A stretch of 64,000 nucleotides of DNA. Origin: Candidatus Tenderia sp. Its GTDB lineage: Bacteria > Pseudomonadota > Gammaproteobacteria > Tenderiales > Tenderiaceae. Position numbers and translations under genes: made by a program. The notes under the pieces are model-generated. The model was not told the DNA's origin and made no database searches. It saw nothing but the letters and a program-made list of their open reading frames with translations. The stretch lies in NCBI GenBank assembly GCA_031416075.1, contig JANOSY010000088.1:1-64000 (forward strand). Direction: 5' to 3'. The stretch's first letter is position 1; each line of letters begins with the position of its first letter. Shown here one piece after another: positions 58,304 to 64,000 of the stretch.

Positions 58304-60079
58304 TTATGCCTCGTTATCAGACTGCCACAGCACTGAAACCTTATATTCTGGATGGGATATATAGAGTTCATCATGTGTACCTACTGTAATTGAGCCATTG
58401 CCATTAAAATAGAAGACTCTGTCGGCATTGCGAATAGACGAATAACGATGGGCGATAACAAAAGTCGTGCGACCTGTACGTAATGTATCCAGGGCAGCCA
58501 CTACCTCTTTCTCTGATTGGCTATCCAATGCTGAAGTTGCCTCATCCATAATTAAAAATGGAGCATCCATTAACATCGCCTGTGCAATTGCAATACGTTG
58601 ATACTGTCCACCTGATAGCTCAACACCGCCGGATCCTACGCGAGTATCAAGCCCATCACTCAACGCTGTAATAAATTGCCATGCGCCACTCACTTCACAG
58701 GCGTGTACCATCTGCGACTCAGTGGCATCCGGCTTCACTAATAGTAAGTTGGTGCGAATCGTATCGTGCATGATGAACGGGGTTTGCCAAATGATTGAGA
58801 ATTGCTCACGTAATGAGGCGATAGTTACAGTGCGAATATCCACCCCATCAATTGTAATACGGCCTTGCTGAGGGTCATGAAAACGCATCAGCAGCCGGGC
58901 AAGTGTTGATTTTCCAGCACCGCTTGCTCCAACCAGGGCGACTGTTTCTCCGGCGCGCACTTCAAGATTGACACCTTGTAAGAGCAGCTCCCCTCCCGTG
59001 TAGGCAAAATCTACACTCTCAAAACGAATACCTCCCTCAGTCACAACTAATGGCTCTGCATCAACAATATCCTGGGTCTCAGGTTTTAGATCAAATATCG
59101 CCAAAACACGCTGCGCAGCCCCAAAATCACCTTGTAACTGCATTGGTGCTTGTGCAAACCCACGCACCGGCACCGAGAGATACCCCAAGTAGAGTAGGAA
59201 ACTGACCATCGCCCCTATACCAAAACCGTGACTCTCTATCCGATCGATCCCGACGAACACTATCACGATCCCACAAAAATAGATCATGGCCGCCAGTGTG
59301 ACCGTGAACCCTTGGTCCAACCAGCGCATCTTCATGCCCCAGTAACGTGCCTGTTCGTAACACTCACCATGCCTAGCCGCCATGCGTGTCTCGCCCCGGA
59401 CTGAGCTTATGCCACGCAGATTGCTTAAGACCTGTTCTTCAAAGGCTAATAGTTTGCCCGCTTCATGAAAAAATCGTTGCGATGCCTTACGCTTGCGCGG
59501 GCCGAATAACCCCTGATGTATGACAAACAGTGGCACAAACATTAACGCCACCAGGGCCATATACCAATCGATCCAAAACAACATGCCACAATAAAAAAAT
59601 AGGGTTAACAGGTGAGAAACAAGAAAGAAGGGGACTTCGAGTACCATGTTCTGCACACTGTCCACATCACTGCTAAGGCGGGCAAGCACGTCCCCCTTCT
59701 GTAGATGTGCAGCACCGGGCGCAGAGACATCAAACAGATGACGCAGGGCAGCTTGACGCAGCCGCCCCACAAAACGAAGCCCCAACCAGTTAGCCATCAG
59801 GGTGGAGGAGAAGTGAAATCCCTGGTTGATGACAACAACCAGTATCAACCAGAGCAGCACCGATTTAACCTGATCAAAACGCCCGGCCTGTAAGTGGTCA
59901 AACGGTAACCCTATCAGCCAGACCATGGCGGTATTGGTCACGGTTAACCCTACAATAGTCCCTATGACCAAACTGACAAACACCACATCGGCACGTGCGT
60001 ATGGCAAAAAATGGCGGAAGACTTGCCAGAATTGGGACCTTTGCACGACAGTTTCGCCCTGCTGAGGGGTATCACTCAT
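58304..60079 (-). CDS. ABC exporter, fused TMD-NBD (MsbA-like, no C39 domain)
   Basis: About six TM helices, GASGAGKS, LSGGQYQR, IMDEATSALD, IAHR; ATGA-coupled to the upstream gene. Confidence 0.9.
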   Translation of the reverse strand: MSDTPQQGETVVQRSQFWQVFRHFLPYARADVVFVSLVIGTIVGLTVTNTAMVWLIGLPFDHLQAGRFDQVKSVLLWLILVVVINQGFHFSSTLMANWLGLRFVGRLRQAALRHLFDVSAPGAAHLQKGDVLARLSSDVDSVQNMVLEVPFFLVSHLLTLFFYCGMLFWIDWYMALVALMFVPLFVIHQGLFGPRKRKASQRFFHEAGKLLAFEEQVLSNLRGISSVRGETRMAARHGECYEQARYWGMKMRWLDQGFTVTLAAMIYFCGIVIVFVGIDRIESHGFGIGAMVSFLLYLGYLSVPVRGFAQAPMQLQGDFGAAQRVLAIFDLKPETQDIVDAEPLVVTEGGIRFESVDFAYTGGELLLQGVNLEVRAGETVALVGASGAGKSTLARLLMRFHDPQQGRITIDGVDIRTVTIASLREQFSIIWQTPFIMHDTIRTNLLLVKPDATESQMVHACEVSGAWQFITALSDGLDTRVGSGGVELSGGQYQRIAIAQAMLMDAPFLIMDEATSALDSQSEKEVVAALDTLRTGRTTFVIAHRYSSIRNADRVFYFNGNGSITVGTHDELYISHPEYKVSVLWQSDNEA

Positions 60080-62094
60080 ATGTGTGAATCAGTAAAACAG
60101 CGCGCCGTTTTGTTGATAAACAGGTCGTACAGAATCTGCACCGTCAGGATCGAAAACAGCACCCACTCCTGCCTCATTGCCCGGTAATAGGCATTGCCAT
60201 CAGGGGGTGTGGGCAGGTTCACCAACTCATCCAACAGCGCAGTCACCACTTGAGGATTAAAGATGCCCGCCTGTTGAATCTTCTCTTCAGAGAGAAATTG
60301 CGACAACCGGTCTGCATTTTTTGGCGTAAAAAACCATTCACGAATAGGGGTGTAAAAGGCACGTTTTTTATACGAAGTGGGATGTTCTGGTAACTTTGGC
60401 AACATTAACTTACGCAAAATATACTTCTCATCCAGGCCATTCAGCTTGAGTGCTGGTGGCACCTTTGCCGCTAACTCCACCAGTTTGTGATCCAGAAATG
60501 GGACCCGCGCCTCCACACCGTTAGCCATGGCCAGTCGATCTGCCCGCCACAATATCCAACCTGGCAGACGGGTCTTTATCTCCAGATACAGGGACTGGTT
60601 GAGTGGATGCAACCCTTCCAGCCTGGGCTTTAAGGTGGTGATCAACTCTGCCATCTGCTGATCGTGGTCGGCGGACTGCTCCAGAAAATCATCGCTGAAG
60701 ATCCCTTCACTCCCTTCACGAAGGATTTGCCAGAAGTCATACCAGACGGGATAACAACCAAATTGCGCCACCACCTTCTGCTGCTGCTGCGACTCATGTA
60801 AACGAGCCAGCATCTGCAGATAATCAGGGGCAAAATCATTGCCAAAATCATCTAAATAGTAACGCAGCCGCTCCTCCTGCCCCCCCTTCTCATTACCCCA
60901 CTGACGGATGTAATCCTGGCGGAAGCAGTCATACCCCCCCAATATTTCATCTGCACCTTCACCGGTATACACCACTTTAAACTGATTTTTACGCACCAGC
61001 TCCGACAACATCAGCAGCGGGATATCCAGCGCCATACGTTGTGGCTGCTCGACGCTGTACATCGCCTCCACCAACACATCCAGATAATCATCACTGCGCT
61101 GGTCATCCATATACAGGTCATGCAGCTCAACACCGATGTGGTCGGCAATACTGCTAGTAATTGGATACTCGTCATTAGCACTATTGGAAAAGCGGATAGT
61201 AAATGCCTTTACACTCTGCTCCGCAGACTGCTGCAACCAATAGGTGGTAGTGGCCGAGTCAACACCGCCGGAAAGATAGGAGCCAATAGGTACCTCGCCA
61301 ATCATGTGTGAGCGCACAGCGTCCTGCAAAACACCATCAAACTCTGCCAACCACTGCTCTTCACTGCGATCCTCATACTCACCCTCTCGGGGAAACTCCA
61401 GATCCCAATAACAGTCAATTTGCGGCTGCTTACCTGCCACCAGTGTCATGGTATGGCCGGGGGCCAACTCAACCACCCCGGCAAAGAGCGTATGTGGCGC
61501 AATATTAAATTGATAGGAGAAAAAATTCCGTACCGATTGGGGATTAAAGGCGGGAGTGATCTGCCCCGATGCAAACAGCGATTTCACTTCTGAGGCACCA
61601 TACAGGGTCGTGCCGTCCCAATGGTAAACCAGCGGTTTGATACCCAACCGGTCCCTGGCCACAAATAGTTCGTTAGTTAATGAGTCATGAATAGCAAACG
61701 CAAACATTCCCCGCAGGCGCGGCACACACTGCGCGCCATCGCGCTGGAACAGATGGAGAATCACCTCCGTATCCGATTGCGTCTGAAACAGAACGCCCTC
61801 CTGCTCCAGTTCAGCCCGCAACACCTTGTAATTATAGATTTCACCGTTATAAACAATGGCATAACGATCATCAATGCTTAACATCGGCTGGGCACCGCCA
61901 CGAATATCAACGATACTCAAACGGGTATGGCCTAACGCCACACCACCACGCACCAAATGGTTCTGTGCATCGGGTCCCCGATGTATCAGCGCATGCACCA
62001 TGCGCCCTATTATTAATTCACTCGACTCACTCTGCGCCAACGGCTCAGCGGATTGATGATGGCCAGCACGATAGATGAAACAGATCCCACACAT
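60076..62094 (-). CDS. Asparagine synthetase B-like glutamine amidotransferase
   Basis: MCGI (Cys nucleophile), HRGPD, HTRLSIVD, YNGEIYN, LSGGVDS, GEGADE..GGY, EARVPFLD. Confidence 0.9.
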   Translation of the reverse strand: MCGICFIYRAGHHQSAEPLAQSESSELIIGRMVHALIHRGPDAQNHLVRGGVALGHTRLSIVDIRGGAQPMLSIDDRYAIVYNGEIYNYKVLRAELEQEGVLFQTQSDTEVILHLFQRDGAQCVPRLRGMFAFAIHDSLTNELFVARDRLGIKPLVYHWDGTTLYGASEVKSLFASGQITPAFNPQSVRNFFSYQFNIAPHTLFAGVVELAPGHTMTLVAGKQPQIDCYWDLEFPREGEYEDRSEEQWLAEFDGVLQDAVRSHMIGEVPIGSYLSGGVDSATTTYWLQQSAEQSVKAFTIRFSNSANDEYPITSSIADHIGVELHDLYMDDQRSDDYLDVLVEAMYSVEQPQRMALDIPLLMLSELVRKNQFKVVYTGEGADEILGGYDCFRQDYIRQWGNEKGGQEERLRYYLDDFGNDFAPDYLQMLARLHESQQQQKVVAQFGCYPVWYDFWQILREGSEGIFSDDFLEQSADHDQQMAELITTLKPRLEGLHPLNQSLYLEIKTRLPGWILWRADRLAMANGVEARVPFLDHKLVELAAKVPPALKLNGLDEKYILRKLMLPKLPEHPTSYKKRAFYTPIREWFFTPKNADRLSQFLSEEKIQQAGIFNPQVVTALLDELVNLPTPPDGNAYYRAMRQEWVLFSILTVQILYDLFINKTARCFTDSHI

Positions 62095-62166
62095 CACAGA
62101 CTCTCACGTAAACAATCCCTGCACACAACGCCGGTCAGCAACAACCGGAACCCGCCTGATACCATA

Positions 62167-62192
62167 AAAAAAGGGGCCAATGGCCCCTTTCT
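62167..62192 (-). terminator. Intrinsic terminator after pnp
   Basis: GGGGCCA-T-TGGCCCC inverted repeat followed by a T7 tract on the minus strand. Confidence 0.8.
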
Positions 62193-62218
62193 TATATCAA
62201 ACCCACGTTAAGAGGTAC

Positions 62219-64000
62219 TTAAACCTCTTCCGTGACGGCCTTGATGCTTAAACGGATACGACCCTGCTTATCCACCTCAAGCACTTTAACCTTAACCACT
62301 TCACCTTCGGTAAGCTTATCAGCCACATTCTCCACACGCTCATTGGAAATCTGTGAGATGTGAACCAAGCCATCCTTGCCCGGAAGGATGGTGACAAAAG
62401 CACCAAAGTCCATCAACTTGGCCACTTTACCATCGTAAATCTTGCCGACCTCAACATCAGCAACCAACTCAAGAATCCGCTGCTTCGCCGCCTCACCCGC
62501 CGCCCGGTCAACCGAGGCGACCTTAACGGTGCCATCATCATCCAGATCAATCGATGTGCCTGTCTCTTCGGTCAGTGCACGAATAGTTGCGCCCCCTTTA
62601 CCAATAACATCGCGGATACGGTCCGGATTAATCTTGAAGGTGATAATCCGTGGTGCATATTCAGACAACTCTTCACGAGGTGCAGTGATCGCTTTATCCA
62701 TTTCACCCAGAATAAACAGACGGCCATCTTTTGCCTGAGAGAGTGCTGCCTGCATGATCTCACGGGTAATCCCGTCAATCTTGATATCCATCTGCAACGC
62801 AGTGATACCTGATGACGTACCGGCGACCTTAAAGTCCATATCACCCAGATGATCTTCATCACCCAGAATATCGCTCAACACGGCAAAACGGTCACCCTCT
62901 TTAATCAGCCCCATCGCAATACCCGCTACCGGCGCTTTTAAAGGGATACCCGCATCCATCATCGCCAAACTACTGCCACAGACAGAGGCCATTGAACTGG
63001 AGCCGTTGGATTCAGTAATCTCAGAGACCACACGAACAACGTAAGGGTAGTTTGCCATATCAGGCATCACCGCTTGAACACCACGTTTGGCCAGACGGCC
63101 ATGGCCGATCTCACGACGTTTAGGGCTACCCACCATGCCGGTTTCACCAACACTGTAAGGGGGGAAGTTGTAGTGGAACATAAACGGGTCTTTACGCTCA
63201 CCTTCGATGGCATCGATCATCTGCGCATCTTTGCCAGTACCGAGGGTGGTCACCACCAGCGCCTGTGTTTCACCACGGGTAAAGAGTGCTGAACCATGTG
63301 TACGTGGCAACACACCCACACGAATGGTGATCGGACGAACAGTTTTGGTATCACGTCCATCGATACGCGGCTGACCATCAATAACACGGCCACGCACCAC
63401 CTTGCTCTCAAGCACGCCAATCATCTCACCTACGTCAGCCGCGCTCCACTCAGGTGTCTCACCACCACACAACGTAGTAACCGCCTGACTGCGAATATCA
63501 TCCAGCGCCGCATACCGATCCTGCTTTACCTTAATCTGATAGGCTTCGTTCAACTGTGTCGCAACAACACCGCTCACCGCGGACTCCAGCGCGCTGTTCT
63601 TGACAGGCGACTGCCACACCCAAGCCTCAACACCCACTTCATCGCACAGCTCACGAATAGCCTTGATCACAACACACATCTGTTCATGACCAAACATCAC
63701 CGAATCCAACATCACCTGTTCTGACAGCTCATGGGCTTCAGACTCCACCATCAATACCGCACCCTCAGTACCGGCAACCACCAGATCCAACTGCGAGGCC
63801 ACCAGCTGAGACTTGCTCGGATTCAGCAAAAACTCACCATCGACATAACCAACACGGGCAGCACCGATCGGTCCCTTGAAAGGAACACCTGCCAGCATCA
63901 ATGCCGCTGAAGCACCGATCAGCGAGGGAATATCAGGATCAATTTCAGCATCCAGTGAGACAACGGTGGCAACAATCTGGACTTCATTAGTGAAGCCGTC
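62219..64000 (-). CDS. pnp: Polyribonucleotide nucleotidyltransferase (5' end outside window)
   Basis: [45 protein letters not shown] and S1 domains; frame open to the window edge. Confidence 0.97.
   Translation of the reverse strand, partial: DGFTNEVQIVATVVSLDAEIDPDIPSLIGASAALMLAGVPFKGPIGAARVGYVDGEFLLNPSKSQLVASQLDLVVAGTEGAVLMVESEAHELSEQVMLDSVMFGHEQMCVVIKAIRELCDEVGVEAWVWQSPVKNSALESAVSGVVATQLNEAYQIKVKQDRYAALDDIRSQAVTTLCGGETPEWSAADVGEMIGVLESKVVRGRVIDGQPRIDGRDTKTVRPITIRVGVLPRTHGSALFTRGETQALVVTTLGTGKDAQMIDAIEGERKDPFMFHYNFPPYSVGETGMVGSPKRREIGHGRLAKRGVQAVMPDMANYPYVVRVVSEITESNGSSSMASVCGSSLAMMDAGIPLKAPVAGIAMGLIKEGDRFAVLSDILGDEDHLGDMDFKVAGTSSGITALQMDIKIDGITREIMQAALSQAKDGRLFILGEMDKAITAPREELSEYAPRIITFKINPDRIRDVIGKGGATIRALTEETGTSIDLDDDGTVKVASVDRAAGEAAKQRILELVADVEVGKIYDGKVAKLMDFGAFVTILPGKDGLVHISQISNERVENVADKLTEGEVVKVKVLEVDKQGRIRLSIKAVTEEV

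Noticed and set aside
57508-62094. Lasso peptide cluster
   Set aside because: No B1/B2 (RRE/protease) genes; the peptides lack a leader and an Asp/Glu acceptor; the AsnB keeps its glutaminase Cys, unlike typical lasso cyclases.

Overview
Gammaproteobacterial chromosome segment. Conserved core blocks are an Opp/Dpp-type ABC importer, fabI, ppiD-tRNA-hupB-lon-clpX-clpP-tig, seven tRNAs, aroC-hemN-prmB, ald, tadA, guaBA, xseA and a 5'-truncated pnp. Four accessory modules interrupt them. (1) A 14-kb four-gene DUF11 operon (40.5-54.2 kb) behind a sigma54-type promoter, placed between guaB and xseA. Its sequence pattern suggests a donor-strand-complemented, possibly isopeptide-crosslinked pilus: a chaperone-like cap, a major subunit, an OmpA/beta-barrel anchor and a tip adhesin. 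(2) Two tiny, unannotated Gly/Met-rich ORFs (40 and 22 aa), each with a strong RBS and a conserved three-hairpin 3' RNA structure, convergent with an AsnB-type amidotransferase and an ABC exporter. (3) A polymorphic toxin-immunity-like pair between guaA and tadA. (4) A five-gene MglA-like GTPase/roadblock module. All calls come from reading motifs by eye; no database searches or structure predictions were run.
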